Source: Psammoneis japonica (lineage: Eukaryota). Taken from it: 64,000 nt of DNA. This document shows positions 25,601-39,527 of this stretch, piece by piece. The notes beneath the pieces were generated by a model. The model saw only the letters and a list, made by a program, of their open reading frames with translations. It was not told the origin of the DNA and ran no database searches. Within the stretch, counting starts at the first letter, position 1. The number at the start of each line of letters is the position of its first letter. The DNA lies in assembly GCA_008632985.1 (NCBI GenBank), contig QPGO01000020.1, positions 372,001 through 436,000 on the forward strand, given 5' to 3'. Position numbers and translations under genes: made by a program.

Positions 25601-28600
25601 GACATGTGCCAAACTGCAGGCACCATGAAGATTCTGCGCTGTCAACAGAACATCGCTGCTCACCCAAAACTCACCGATTGTCACACACAAAAGCAACAGG
25701 ACCTTGACTGTTCACACTCACAGAGCCAGAGCACAGTTGGAAAACTTGCCACCAGACTCAATTCATCCATTCAAAACCACCGCTGAAGCAAACAAACACA
25801 AGTGTGAGTGTCACCACCTGCAGCCCTCACCAAACTCAATCTCCTTCTTGCCTCGCCATTTCCCCCAATTCATTTTCTTCCTCTTGCAACCTCTCACTCC
25901 CCATCTCTCTCTCTCTTTCTCTCCAAGTTCTGCTCCTCTCTCCATTCTGCACTTCTCTCTCTCTCTCTCTCTCTCTGCCCCCACTCTTCTCTTCTCCTCC
26001 CAGGCATTTCTTTGTTCCTGCAGGCACTTGAACTGTTCCACTGCGCCGCCTCGACGGTTCAAAATTTCAGCCAACCTTTGAACAGCATGCCCATTGACTG
26101 AAAGAACATGCATGCTTCCCAAAGCTGCTCTGAGTCAAGCAGACCACCTTGGAACAATGGAAGCACTGCTGTCCACAATGAGGGAGGCAGGTGCTTGAAC
26201 ATGCTCTGCTTCTTCCACCTGCTCCACATTGACCAACAGCCCATCTACACCGTGCTGGTCTGGAAGGTTCTTGTTGGAAGGGACATCTCACTCTGAAGGC
26301 ACCAATGCTGACAACATCTCAGAGGCACAGTCATCCACAATGAGGGATTCTTGCACTGTTCTTGACACCACTGCAGGGGCGGTCACCACTTGGACGTGAT
26401 CCTCATTTGGACCAAACGCATTGCTTTTGTCAGAAGGAATCTCTCTGTCGCAGTGCTGGCAGATGCAATGGCAGATGGCTCATGTTGAATGGACTGCTCA
26501 GGCAGGTGTGGACTGTGTTTGCAGAGCAAAGCAGAAACAAGTTTTGGTCGATTGTCAATCTCAAAAAGGCGGGACAGAATGACAGTGTGGATGATGTGGC
26601 ACGACACAACTTGCTCTCTGACTCCCCTGCACAGGCAGGACTGGAGCTGATGTCAAGGCCAACTCTCGCTTCACTTTCATCATGAATGGTTGGATGTTGT
26701 TTCCAAGGATGCAGCATTTGGTTCAAGGACTCCCTCCTCACATTGGAGAAGGCATCCATGAACTGTCCATCCAAAGATTCCTGTGCTGCAAATTGCTCCA
26801 TGAAGCACAAGGAATGATCAGGTTTGGAGTGCGAGTTCCTTTGACTTTTTTCCTTGGGGCATGAATGGTCTTTGGGCAAATTCTCTGATGCATGAGATCC
26901 AGCATGGAAGAAGAGTGACTGCTCCCTGGGTCGCCACTCTCCTCAAGACTGGAAACAACAACACAGCAGTGGGACACATGACGGCACTTTTGCAAATCGC
27001 ACTCCCCGTCATTTGGGCATTTTCTCTTGTCACCCAAGCACTCATGGACAAAGAGGCATTCATTTGAAGACTGGCTGTTGACACATTGCATGACACTTGT
27101 GAGTTGATTGTGTTGGCAGCACTCGTCATCTCAACACTGGAGCAGCCTTCATTCATTTGGGCCCACAGCACACAGGCAGCTTTCTGTCCCAGCTCCATGA
27201 TGCCACGTGTAAAAATTGACCCCCCATTTTTAACCAAATGCCCACCTCGATCGACTTGCAGCACACAGATGCAAAGTTCAGCACACTTTTGGGGGCCTAG
27301 AATGGGGGTGGATGTTAGTTGCTTGCCAATCACTGAACATTGACTCTCACACTTGCCCATGTGATAAAGGTGCTCCACAAAAAGTCAGCTCTATTTTGAA
27401 ATGCCAGATGCCATGAACAATGCACACCTGCTACATTCTTGCAAGACATTGGTTTAAAGAGCATTGGACCGATGATTGTTTGGACACCTTGTCTGCCACG
27501 TCAATGTCCTCATTGGCTCCGGCGGTGTTTTGACAAGTTCTCCGTGCACCGGTCGGCATGTTGTCACCGCGATGATGGTCTGTGTGCTGTCCCAAAGGGG
27601 CCTGCAGCTTCAGGATGTGCACGTGGAGAGTCATCAGCCCACTTCGCCGCAGCAAGGTCTCGTCAAAAGTCAAGCACACAAAACATTTGTTCCATGGTTT
27701 TGTCATGGTTTTGTCAAGCTGCATGCCATCAACGATGACATTCCTGGCTGTGTCTGCCATTCGGCTCTCCTGACAAAGACCATGCCGAGTCAGTCAAGCA
27801 TGAAGGAAATCAATGCCGATTTGCACTGGCATTTTCTAGGGCCCCAGCCGCTTGTTGAGGCATTTCTGCTTCCGTTCAGTGTGTTTGGAGAGGTGCTGAG
27901 CTTGCACTGTGCTTGGGTTCTAACCCTGCTGTCTTTTTGGTCATTTCTCGGCCCAAGTGTTGCTGCCGGGACCCAGCAAGGAGAAAAGTTTGCATTTCTC
28001 ATCAAAGCTCCATTTGAAATGCGAGACAAAAAGGATTTTGATTTCTCCTCTCTGCATCAAATGCCAATGTCTCTTTTGCACGTGCGTTTCTGATTCAATT
28101 TTCTGTGAGTGATCATGCATCATCAATCGGGTGCTTCTAAAAAGCGGGGTTTCTGGCTGCGCTTGTTTCACTGCTTCTTTTTACACCTTTAAAATGCAAA
28201 GCTCCTGCTTTTGGCGTCTGTGAAGAATGATGCAAAGACACTTTTTCCAGCGCATGCGATCACAGGCACCGGTCAACAAGATCGACCATCAACTGCTGGA
28301 ATGCCACAGTCAAGCACTGTTTTCAATTTGACAAGGACAAAAATTGTGATGGCGAACGAGCGTCAAGGTGCATGCTCGCTTTCAATGTGCATCTGAACTT
28401 GCAGCTTCACAACTGTTCGTATGCATGCCAAATGAATCTAACACAATCACACCAGCTGTTTTGTGTAAAACCCCAACAGAAAACTTTCCGACTGGCAAAG
28501 GTGTCAAAAATCATCAAGTGCTTCATTGCAGAAATGAGGCTGGATCCGATCGCACTCCAAGTGCCGCATGTCCACGGCCAATGGTGCTTTCCGGTCCAAA

Positions 28601-30865
28601 ATGGAATGTTGTGTCTGTCATCGAGTTTTCAATGCCTCAAAGCTGAGTCGGTGATGTTGAATGTAAAGGCACTGCATGCTGCACATGGCATGTGCTGAAC
28701 TGCAGGCGCCATGAAGATTCTCCACTCGACAGAACATCGCTGCTCACCCGCAACTTGCCGATCGTCATGCATGAAAGCAACAGGACCTTGATCATTCACA
28801 CTCACGAAGCCACAATGTGGTCAGATGACTCGCTGACACGCTCAATCTTTCCATTTGAAACCGCCAAAGCAGACAAAAGCAAGTGTGAGTGTCGCTGCCT
28901 GAGTCCTCACCGATCTCAATCTTTTCCTTGCCTCGCCATTTCCCTGAATTTTTTCATTTTCTTCCTTTCTCGATCTCTCCAGGACCCTCACAAATCAATG
29001 CTTTCTCCTTTCTGAATGCTTCGATCCCCATCTCTCTCTCCAAGCTCCGCTCCTCTCTCCACTCCATGTTTCTCTCTCCAACTCCCACTCCTTTCTCTTC
29101 CCATGCATTTCTAAACTCCCGAAAGCACTCAAACTGCTGCACAACTCTTCCCCGACAGTTCAAGATTCTAGCCAACCTTCGAACAGTTCGCCCATCTGCG
29201 GCAAGAAGATGCACACTGCCAAGAGCTTCCCCGAGCCGAACAGACCGCCTTGGAATGACAGAAGCACCAGCATCCGCAATGAGGGATGCATGCGCTTGGA
29301 TGCCTTCTGCTTCCACCTGTTCCTCTGCCAACACTTCAGCAAAGCCATTGCGTTGATTTGGAACAGAAGTGTCATCGTTTGACAGAGCCTCTTGTACCAA
29401 GGGCACCATGGCCGACACCGTCTCATGGTTGTTGAATGAACCATTGCCCAACAGAGGGGACCGCTTTGGAGCTGAGTGAATGCTGCCATGACAGCTGAGA
29501 ATTGGGTGCAAGACAAGACAGAGTGTTGAACAGCATCAACAGGTTCTAGAATTGTGAGATGTCACACCACTGGGGCCACTGATTGAGCGACAGTGGACCA
29601 ATCGCCAACAGCACATAAACTGCCTGTGTTCGTGACAGTGTGTCAGCATTTGTTCAGAACAACGATGGGAGCCACAGCAGCACTGGCATCCGCAATGAGG
29701 GATTCTTGTGCTTGTGCGTGTCCTTCAACCACACCAATGCATTGATTTGGAACAGAAGTTTTGTCATCGGAATGAGCCTCTTGTGCCAAAGGTGCCACGG
29801 CTGATGCCATTTCGTGGGTGGGATCGTCTGGGATGGAAACAGTCACATGATCCTCTTCCGATGGTTGTTCACACATCTCATTGTGCTGATTTGAAACAAA
29901 CGCATTGGAGTTGGAAGGAGCATCTTGCAACACAGAGACCACTTTGGGTGCCGTTGCCTCTTGACCCTCATCTGAAACGAACGCGTCGCGCCCGTTGGAA
30001 GGAATCTTTCTCGCAGCAGCAGGTCCGATGGCAGATGCCTCATGTTGAATGGATGGACTGCTCAGGTGCATGCTGTGATCGTGGAGTGAAAGCAGCAGCA
30101 CAGTTTTAGTCAGTCGCAAATGGATGTTGGATGAAACATGTTGGGAATGACAAAAAACACTCACTCTCTGACTTCCCCTCTCAGGACTGGAACTGAGTCC
30201 AAGGCCATCACTCACGTCAGTTTCGTCACGCATGACTGGGCATCGTTTCCGAGGACGCAGCATTCGGTTTGAGGACTTTCTTGTCACGCCAGAAAACGTG
30301 TCTATGAAATGTCCATCTGAAGATTCCTGTGCCGCAAAGTGTTCCACAAAGCACAAGGAATGATCGGGTTTGGAGTGAATGTTCATTTGACTTTTTCTTG
30401 GAGCACGAATGGACTTAAAATGGAGGTTTTGATGCGCGCGACTCGACATGGAAGAAAGATGATTTTCTCCGTGGTCACTGCTGCTCTCCTCAAGACTGGG
30501 AACAACATGACAGCAGGATGTGCGACGGCACTTCCGAGAATCACATTCCCTGTTGTTTGGATGTTTTCTCTTGTCACCCGAGCACTCATCGACAAAGAGG
30601 CATTCATTCGAAGACTGGCCAGCAATCCGTTGCATGACACTTGCGAAGTGATTGCGCTGCGAGCACTGGTTGCGACACTGGAGGAGCAAACGCACATTGG
30701 AGGTTTCATGGCTGCCATTGGAGACATTTTGGAAGGCTTCCGATTCTCGAAAGCTGCGTGTCGCATTCGAGCTCCGCTTCGGTTTAGCAGTCGGCTTCTT
30801 TTCCTCCCCTCGGAAGTCCTCCATGTCATTCGAGCTCGGCCCATGGCTTCCATTGGAACGGTGCG
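22640..30865. mobile_element. Degenerate repeat domain 2 with multiple internal duplications, TpA-depleted, unclassified
   Basis: TA nearly absent. Internal paralogous segments: 24900-25220 with 25240-25520; 25370-26300 with 28450-29430; 26330-27140 with 29900-30690. (CT)n tract at ~25905-25975. Confidence 0.7.
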
Positions 30866-31819
30866 GGTAGAGTGATTGTATCTCATGGTTTGTTGGTACA
30901 TCGTGGATGTGATTGATTTTGAAAGCATCGTGAATTTGTGTGGTCTTTCGAGCGCTGAGATTTTGGCGTTGCAAGCAAGGTTTGTGTGACTGCGGATTTA
31001 TCGTAGAAACGTACGAGGGTGTCGTACCACAATCTTCTTATCAAAATGTCCGATCGCCAAAAATAATATATTGTTTAACCAAAACTGTATAAAGCATTCG
31101 AAAACCAATCCAAAAAAAAGAAACCGATGAAAATTGTGATCACCCCGTGCCTCATAAGTCGCCTCTCTAGTCTCTAGCCGACGGTAGCTACAGTACTGTA
31201 GAGCGGGTCTCTCTAGTGACAGAGGAGGTTAGCGCCACCTCTGATTAATAACATCGAAAGGATCTCGATGCGTCTTGGAAAGCTGACATTTGTCCTTCAT
31301 TTTAGTCCATCGTAAACTGCTTCAAAATCATTCAAGAGAACTTTGGTTTTACGTAGCTACGTGTACAGTAGGACCCTACTATTCTTATGGCTGCCCAACT
31401 CGCTTTCATGCACCAACTAACTGGATTATTAAAGTACCGCTAAATGAACCACCAGTGCAGACTACGGGCTCCCTCGATCGAAGCGAGTCCGGCTCTGACT
31501 ATTGCTCCCGCAACAAGCCTTTATGCACTTGCCTTTAGCCTGACGGCACGGAACAAGTCGCCGTCATACAGAATGAACTGTGCATTTCATTTCCATCCCT
31601 CTCTCTTTGGGCCACTAGTAGGCAACATATAGTTCGTGGCATCTTCCTCCTTAATTTCGGTTCCCTTCTTATTCGCCTCGCTCGTTCGCTAACTAGATAG
31701 GACTATGGAGTGGCTTATAAGCAAAAATTGCGAGTTCTAAATTGAGAAAGCTCTGCTTATAGACTACCCTACGCCATTCAGAGATAGAGTTCGCGTAAAT
31801 CTCGTCATCCAGCGGGTAC

Positions 31820-33368
31820 CTAGAACCTCGAAATATCCCGGCCAAAAATTGCTGATTTGAACCAGTGCATAGGAATGAGAATTTTGTTTACCAGACTCGT
31901 TTGACGTCCCCAATATGCCATTCTCCAGAGGAAAAACGCAAGCAAGCCGGTCATCTTATCCGTGGGTAGAATTTTGTTCAACATACTTTCCTTCCCAGGT
32001 TCCCCCACATGAGAGCCATCGTACACACCTTTGTAGTCTCCGAGAGATGCCATACTTCCCAAACTAAAGAACTTGAATGGTTCACTTTCATCTAGTTTGC
32101 CATTTAATACTTTGGCCAAGTGAATGCCTTGCTGTCTCGCGACTTGTGCAAGCTGTGGCAGTGGAGCCTTATCTGGGTCGTTTGTCGTGGCGCAGTCACC
32201 CATGGCCCAAATAGATCCCTCGTGACCAACGACCCTTAGAGCATCGTCTACAATAATTCTCCCGCTCTTCTTGTTCAATGGTAAATCATCGGTAAACTTG
32301 ACGGGGGCCAATCCAGCCGACCAAACCATCGTGCCAAAGGGCAAGGTGTCTCCACAAGACAATTTTGCCTGGCGAACAGCATATTTGTATCCCTCGGGAT
32401 GAAGGTCCTCAATTCCAGTTACTGCAGTACCCAATCGAACATCTATATCACGCTTTTTAAAAAGTTTCTGTACGTATTGTTGCAGCGCCATGTCGAACGG
32501 ACCAAGCAGGGCGGGACCAGCCTCGACCAATGTCACCTTGACGTGGGGCAACAAATCCTTGTACAAGCGACTGACATCTTTCTTGACAAAATCTTGTACA
32601 ATCAATCAGATAGAGAATAAGACAAACAATTAGCGCGTCAGCAAGAAAATGGCACTGTACGTTCGCGCCTTCACAATGAGACCTTACCATGAAGCTCAGC
32701 TACAAATTCACAGGAGGTTGGGCCGCCACCCACAACAACAAAGGACAAAAGCCTTTTCCGTTCGAGGTCCGACATGTTTGGGAGAGCTGCTTTCTCGAAG
32801 TTATCAATGATATTATTTCGAATCTGACGAGCGTGATGAATGTGCTTCAAAAAGAATACACATTTTCCTTCCTACAAATTATGAAAATGATACAGAAAAT
32901 GTAAGGTGTAGAGAGACGAGCACTGCATACCGCATGAGTTTCTCGCTGCATGCACAATATCCATTTTTTGTACAGTACCTTGATGGAATCAATGTTAAAT
33001 GTATTGGTTTTCACTCCAACAGCAATAACGAGCTTGTCATACTCAACTTCGAATGGCTGCTCTTTGTGGATTGATTCGCACGTGAGCACTTTTTTCTCCA
33101 GATCGATACTCCGGGCTTTTGCTTGTAGATAGGTACCCTGATCACCTAGAATAGTCCGAACAGGCTCTTGAATACACCTGAATTCCAACGTACCCACTGC
33201 GGTCGACGGTAAGAGGGGAGTAAAGACAAAGTGATTGGAGGGTGAAACGACTGTCAGGGGCACATCTTTATTGAGCTTTAGCGCCAACTGAAAGCCGCCC
33301 CATCCTGATCCCAACACTACAACACGCGGTTGCTTCGCTGGTGCTCTTGCTACAAGCGTCCGAAACAT
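31820..33368 (-). CDS. NDH2: Type II (alternative) NAD(P)H:ubiquinone oxidoreductase, 3 exons
   Basis: [80 protein letters not shown]. Exons 33368-32979, 32871-32688 and 32592-31820 with GT-AG introns. Confidence 0.93.
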
Positions 33369-33790
33369 TGAATCGAGAGGTAGAGAGACAACCTTTATTG
33401 CATCAGAGGCGTGAAGTAGCCGTTGCCGCCGTCTTTCATCATCTTGCTTTCTCCTCCGCTCTTTCCCCCGCTTGATCCTGGATGGGGCGGGCGGAGTGAA
33501 GTGCCGATGACGTAAGCTGAATGACGTAATCAATCTGTCTGACCGTCGTTTCGGAGGTTGACATTATTTCGAAAATTTCGACGTCACAGGCGCAACGGAA
33601 GAAGAAAGCTCTCTATTCTGATACATACTACGTCTACGTACAAGATGCGTTGAATTTGGCGGGAGAATTGAGTCCGTGCTTCGCCGCACTTGCTCAATCA
33701 ACGCGTGTTCCTCGTGTCAAAGCTCTGGGCTTCCTTCTTCCAGAAAAAGTTGCGCGACCTTCTCTCTGTGCTGTTTATCAAGAAGCGACA

Positions 33791-35287
33791 ATGGCAACAA
33801 CAGAACCCGCAAACCCGTCTTGTTGTATGGGAGAAAGCAAGAATAAGAATAACAAGTGTCTGGAAGCGGACAAATGTGTAAGCAACTGCGCGTGTTACGG
33901 CAAAGTCTGTCCTCTCTCTGCACGCAAGGCCGGTCGTGCTGCCTACGCGGCGATTCAGAAGCTGTCCAAGGATAGCAAAGTGTTCCCGCCCAATCCGTGC
34001 GACTCGTTGAGGGAAGTTGCGAAATGGAATGTCGATGATCTTGACATTGGAGAGAAAATAGGCCAGGGCGGATTTTCTGAAGTTCACGCTGTCACTATCA
34101 AGAAGAAAACGGAAGTTCCGACCGAGGTGTCAACCGAAGAAGAAGAGAACACTCGCTACGCAATCAAGTTTTTGCAGCGCAAGGTCATGGTTCACTCCAA
34201 AGCGTTTCCTTTGGGAGCCTCTGACTTGGCGGTGGAGGCGTATTTCCTAGCAACATTGAAGCACAAGCACATTGTCGAGCTCTACGCCATGACTGCCGGT
34301 GAAGTAGAGGAGAATTTGACTACCGGCAACGAGGGTTGCTTCTTCATTGTGATTGATCGACTCGTTGATACATTGGAGCAGCGAGTCGAGAAATGGAAAA
34401 AGGAATTGGAAAACAGTGTGCCGAATGCCAGTGCAAAAGTGAGGCGACCCCTGAGAATAACTGTAGATGCATTTTCAACGAAAGACTCCCAGCAGCAGTT
34501 GCAAAAGTCTCTCTGCGCACGGTTACAGGTTGCCAAGGATATTTGTGCTGCCATGCAGTATTTGCACAGCCTGAACATTATCTTTAGGTGCGTTTTTTAA
34601 ATGGACGTGCTTTTGTTTCGCCTCTCTTTGCTTCTTTTACACTGTTGGCTCTCACCCTGTGTTGAAAAATTGCTTTTCAGAGATCTTAAACCCGATAATA
34701 TTGGCATTGATAGAAATGGTGTAGTCAAATTGTTTGACTTTGGCCTTGCCAAGGAGTTGAGAGATTCCGACAAGACAGAGTCGGGGACGTACAAGCTAAC
34801 CGGAAAGACGGGGTCTCGTCGATACATGGCTCCCGAGGTGGCCCTTGAGCTCCCTTACTCCAGCTCGGTTGATGTGTACAGTTTTGCCATTCTTACTTGG
34901 GAGATCTGTGCGATGGAAAAGCCGTTCTTGGGCTACTCGGCGAGTCAGCATCAGAAATTGGTGGTAAAAGGACACGAACGACCCGAGATGAAGAGCAACA
35001 ATGCTTATTGCTCGTGGCCATCGGGCTTGCAGCTTCTGCTCCAGACTTCCTGGTCACGGCATGTCAATCAGAGACCCACGTTTGAGACTATTTCGAAGGA
35101 ACTGTCGAGTATTATGAAGGATGTTGAAGAGACGTCCAACAAAATGAGTGCGGGGCATCCACAACGATCACGTGGTACGTCGGTTCCAGAAAGTCCACCA
35201 AAGTTTGCAAAGATGAAGCGCCCCACTAAACAGGGACGAGCCAAAACGTGGGGATTTCCGACCCGAAGACAACAGCAGACTAGCTAG
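33791..35287 (+). CDS. Ser/Thr protein kinase (TKL-like), 2 exons
   Basis: IGQGGFSEV, YAIK, IFRDLKPDN (spliced across intron 34588-34680), LFDFGLA, GSRRYMAPE, DVYSF. Confidence 0.93.
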
Positions 35288-35659
35288 TATATATGGTAGA
35301 CTCTCGGTAAATTTCATATTTTTTCCCTTTGGTACAAGATCTGTTGTGGTATTTTGTTGGATTGAAAAACGTTCTGAAGGACCATAAATCATCACCACCG
35401 CAGAAGACCGAGAGAGTCAGTTGTGCTAGTCTTTCAGTAGTGGATGTTATTCAGGTGAGTGCAGATGATCAACTTGCTTTTCATTCAGAAGTCCCGCACG
35501 GAGATGACCTTTCTTTGCTTGCTGCGTGGTTACAGTGGATGTCACTACTTGACTTGAGACTTGACAACGCCATGTGGGTCGTCAAGTCCGCCAGAAATCA
35601 CAGATCCTGTTGGCACGGGTGGCATCGGGGAGGGGGGTCGATTAAGAGGATGGCTCCCT

Positions 35660-37327
35660 TGTGTTTTTAAGAACCTTGGTGACATTTCTCCGAATATTAA
35701 AGGACCACGATGCATCGACACAGGTGAGTCCGATGCCTCCTGCTTTCACTATGCGAACAAACTGCATGTTATCATTATTTTATTTGATTCATTCCATTAC
35801 GATGTTCGACATTGTCAGGCTTGTCATGTGACACAAAATCGTCGATTTGTAATGGAAAGAATGAATTGTGTATCGCCTCTGGTCCTGGAGAAGACATGTA
35901 TGAGTCGACCGAGATAATTGGTCGCAATCAATACGAAAAGGCAGTTGAGCTTTATCAGAACGCAAGTGAAATCCTCAGCGGTGACATTAATTTTTGACAC
36001 TCTTTCATTGACATGTCGAATCGTACTGTTGTCTTAGACGACGGAAGCACTGCACGTACATGCAGTGCTGCATTGGGATACGCGTTTGCTGCTGGTACTA
36101 CGGATGGTCCTGGCCCGTTTGATTTTGAACAAGGTTCCAACAGTGTAAGTTGATGACGATGACGAGTTTCTCAAGACTGCACGCGTTCTAGACTAACGTT
36201 CCCTATGTTATTTCTGTACGATTTTGCCCACACTTAGTCAAGTCCGTTTTGATACGCCGTCGAGGAGATCGAATGCCAAGCCCCCAAACCCATTCTCATT
36301 AACTCAGGCTCAGCAAGTCTTTCTTACGACTGGGATCCCGCATCTGTCCCCGTATCCATCTTTAGGGTAGGTCAGCTTTTCATTCTCAACGTTCCTTCCG
36401 AATTCACAACGATGGCTGGCCGACGACTCCGCAGCGCCGTCCGAGACATTTTAGTTCACGAAGGAGGACTGAATGGTCCGATAATCACCATTGCTGGGTT
36501 AGCGAACTCGTATACTCATTCCGTTACAACCATAGAGGAGTACGTAGCGCAACGGTATGAGGCTGCTTCGACTTTGTATGGGCCACACACTCTGCAGGCT
36601 TACATTCAAGAATTTCAACGCATCACGCGTGGTTTACTCCAAGACAAGCTTTCCGCCTCAGATCCTGCCCCTCCGGACTTATCAACGAATCAGATATCGC
36701 TCCTCTCACCTGTCGAATTGGACACCATTGGAATTGGGAAGAAGGTACGTCCTTGAGCTGTGGCTACGTAGAGGTCGAGAGGAGATTCAGTAGTCTCAAA
36801 TCTCGTTGTCTCCTTTTCACCATAGTTTGGGTCCATGGCAATAGATGCAGATGAAGAGTCTACAGTTGGAGATAAAGTTTGGTCTCATTTCGATCAGCAA
36901 ACCCCAGGAACAACCTTCGAATTGAAGACAGCTTTCTTTCTGTTGACCGTCTGAACGAAGACGATGGCACATGGACAACAAAGTACGTCGATGGTGATTG
37001 GTGTACGCGGTATTTCTGGAAGGGAGGGTTCATGCATTTTGGCGTGTCTTTCGCTGAAATTTCCTAGGATATTTAGCCCGAGACTCCGTCAGGCGTGTAT
37101 CAAATATGTCACTGCGGGACAAGAAAGACCCTCATTGGTGATACTTCTGGGCTTCTCTTGTCGTCCGATTTGATGACTGGTGGTTTTGGCTCGATCGCTT
37201 TGAATCTGCTTCTTACGGCGATGAGCTTCGCTTGAGGTTTTCCGAACCCGTTAGATCAGTTATCTGGGCACAAGTATATAAAGACTTTCGTGGATGCTCT
37301 CGGCGGTTTCTGGTGAAAAGCTCATGA
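35660..37327 (+). pseudogene. Neutral/alkaline ceramidase pseudogene, 5'-truncated
   Basis: NLGDISPNIKGPRC, CIASGPG.DMYESTEIIG, ALGYAFAAGTTDGPG, CQAPKPIL, PSEFTTMAGRRLR, QRYEAASTLYGPHTL, FRSANPRNN. In-frame stops at 35995 (TGA), ~36250 and 37065 (TAG), plus a frameshift near 36879; the N-terminal part is absent. Confidence 0.85.
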
Positions 37328-39151
37328 GGTCGGTTCTCTTCCCGAAAAGAGTTCTTGACTATTTTAGTGGGCGACCTTGCAACATGATGACTAGTAGTAG
37401 TAGCTTGACCGTCTCTAGTCTGTTCAGATCTGCCAAATTTCATTTGTAGTCTCCCCCCTCCTGTCGTCCGACCTCCTTGGCAACCGCGATCACGTGATGT
37501 GGGATGAATGAATTATGGTCGTACGAGTACGAAGGTCAATCACTTCGCATCACCATGAATTCGCAATGCTCGATGAGGTACCAGTACTGCAGATTCAAGC
37601 GATAGAGCAGTACGAAAGCAGCTACGACGGCGAAAGAGTATGCGAGAGCTATGACCGTCATTGAAGTCGATTGACGTTCGTACGGAATGAATAACACGCC
37701 AAAAAAGATTGCTACATCGTACTTTTAGTCTTTCTACTTCTATTTGAAACGTTTCCAATAGTGGTTCAAAGATTTGAAACACACCAATATAGAAAGTAGC
37801 TATTGAAATCGGTTGCGTAGGGTGACGTTGCCTCAAGAGCTCCATCAAAAGATGGCGCTCAAGCTTTTACGTATCTTCAGAGTGAAATATCACTCAAAAA
37901 AGTAAAAGGGGGGACGTACTACGGAGACAACAAGAAAACTTGCGAGTCAACCGCGTTCTAAATCAACACTCCCTACGAGTGAAGACTTACCGTATCATGT
38001 CACTGATACGACGGAACCCCAAACCCGCGTTCCGTCAACGGCATGATCTGCTTGGCGAGCTTTTGCTGCTTCACAGACGAACGCTGCTGTCTATTTCAAC
38101 AGCCGTGACCTGACGGGTCAAGCGAACAGGCAACTTCCTACGGTCAAAGACACAGGAGTAACATGGACTCAAGGCCGGAGACACGTCGATTTGCCCCGAC
38201 CTCTGGACTTAACTGGCAACACCTACGCCACCTAGAGACAACACGCCATCAAGCAAAATGAGTTGTGGAATGCCAAACGAGAGCGAGTGCTCAATCCAGA
38301 GGAAGGGCGAGCCATCCTTGGCGATTACGGCATTCAAGCTTGGCGAACAACAACACAACGTGCGAGACGACGAGTTGTGATCGAAACGAGCGCGAAAGAA
38401 AAGAGGCGTCAGAGTTTTTGTTTGTGTCGTGACCGTTGCTAAATTTCTCAGCCACTATCATTTTCGTGTACCTTTGTAGAATTAGTACCATAATTTCGTA
38501 AGTAGAAGATGCGTTCGAACTCAGTACTCTCAAAAATATTACTAATTTCTACGTACACTTTACGCAAAAAAAAACGCCGAATTTTTCGCTCGAGGCCCGA
38601 GCTCCCGAAATTCTCGAGAAATCGCGCGGCACTCCACGCATAAGCAGTGAGCGAGCAGCAGTGCGGGCGCAGATGTGTTACGTGACGAACGAAAAAAACA
38701 TGAGGGACATCCACGAGGTAGTTCCCCCACTTGGGATGCAACAGCACACTGTGTAGATGGGAGAGTTCAGGACTCTCTTGAGGTCGTACAATGCAGCAGA
38801 GAGGAAGAAAATTGCAGCAGTGGACAACAAGATGTGCCAAAGAGGACGCGAATTGTGAGAAGATCTCACAGTTGACCGGAGAGGACATTTTGACCCAATG
38901 GCCATGTGTGTCACTCCGATTGCTGTTGCTGGAAGACTCAATGGACATTTCTTCCAGAAGCAGAGATTGGTGACTGGAAGCATCATCTGTGAATCAGATT
39001 CGGCTGTTTTGTTGACTCGCGACTCTCCCTAACTAAAAACTTGTTTTTGCGTGCCTTGACGCTGCACTTTTGCACATCACTCCATGACACATCAACACCT
39101 TGACAACGGCAATTGGCAACCTGTGGGTCAAAGCCCTTGGCAACATTGACA

Positions 39152-39347
39152 CGTCAGCCTGCTCATCCACATGTCGCACGATGGACAGACTGGGTGCGGA
39201 TGATGGCTGGGCCATTTAGATGGACGAGCAGATCTCTCTGAGATCTGCTTCTCACTTTCTCATCTACCAGCACTCGTGTCATCACAGTCCTGGCACTTTA
39301 GGGAGTCTTTCACACCTCCATCATCATTGACCTTTGGCATTCTGTCA
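39152..39347 (+). repeat. 5' LTR (196 bp)
   Basis: Direct repeat of 46421-46616 with 17 substitutions and no indels; ends in ..TGTCA. Confidence 0.95.
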
Positions 39348-39357
39348 GGTTGTGGCC
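39348..39357 (+). promoter_or_regulatory. Primer-binding site (copia-type, tRNA-iMet fragment)
   Basis: GGTTGTGGCC directly after the 5' LTR resembles the copia-type PBS GGTTATGGGCC, with TA changed to TG. Confidence 0.65.
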
Positions 39358-39527
39358 TTGCGCTGTGCCACAGACCTCTGCACCAAGCTTTCCGTTTTGA
39401 TTCATTTGTTTTGTGAGCTGATCGAGCAAGCCTCATCTCTTGTTCCCGGAAGGATTTTTATCTTGCTTTCCCGGCATTTTTCACGACCATAGAAACATGC
39501 CAGATTTCCACGTGTGCATGACCAAAA

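Noticed and set aside
27250..27760. Possible AlkB/2OG-Fe(II) dioxygenase remnant on the minus strand (HTDHHRGDN, IGPMLFK)
   Set aside because: Only a loose HxD-like resemblance in heavily mutated sequence; the downstream His/Arg motifs cannot be found.
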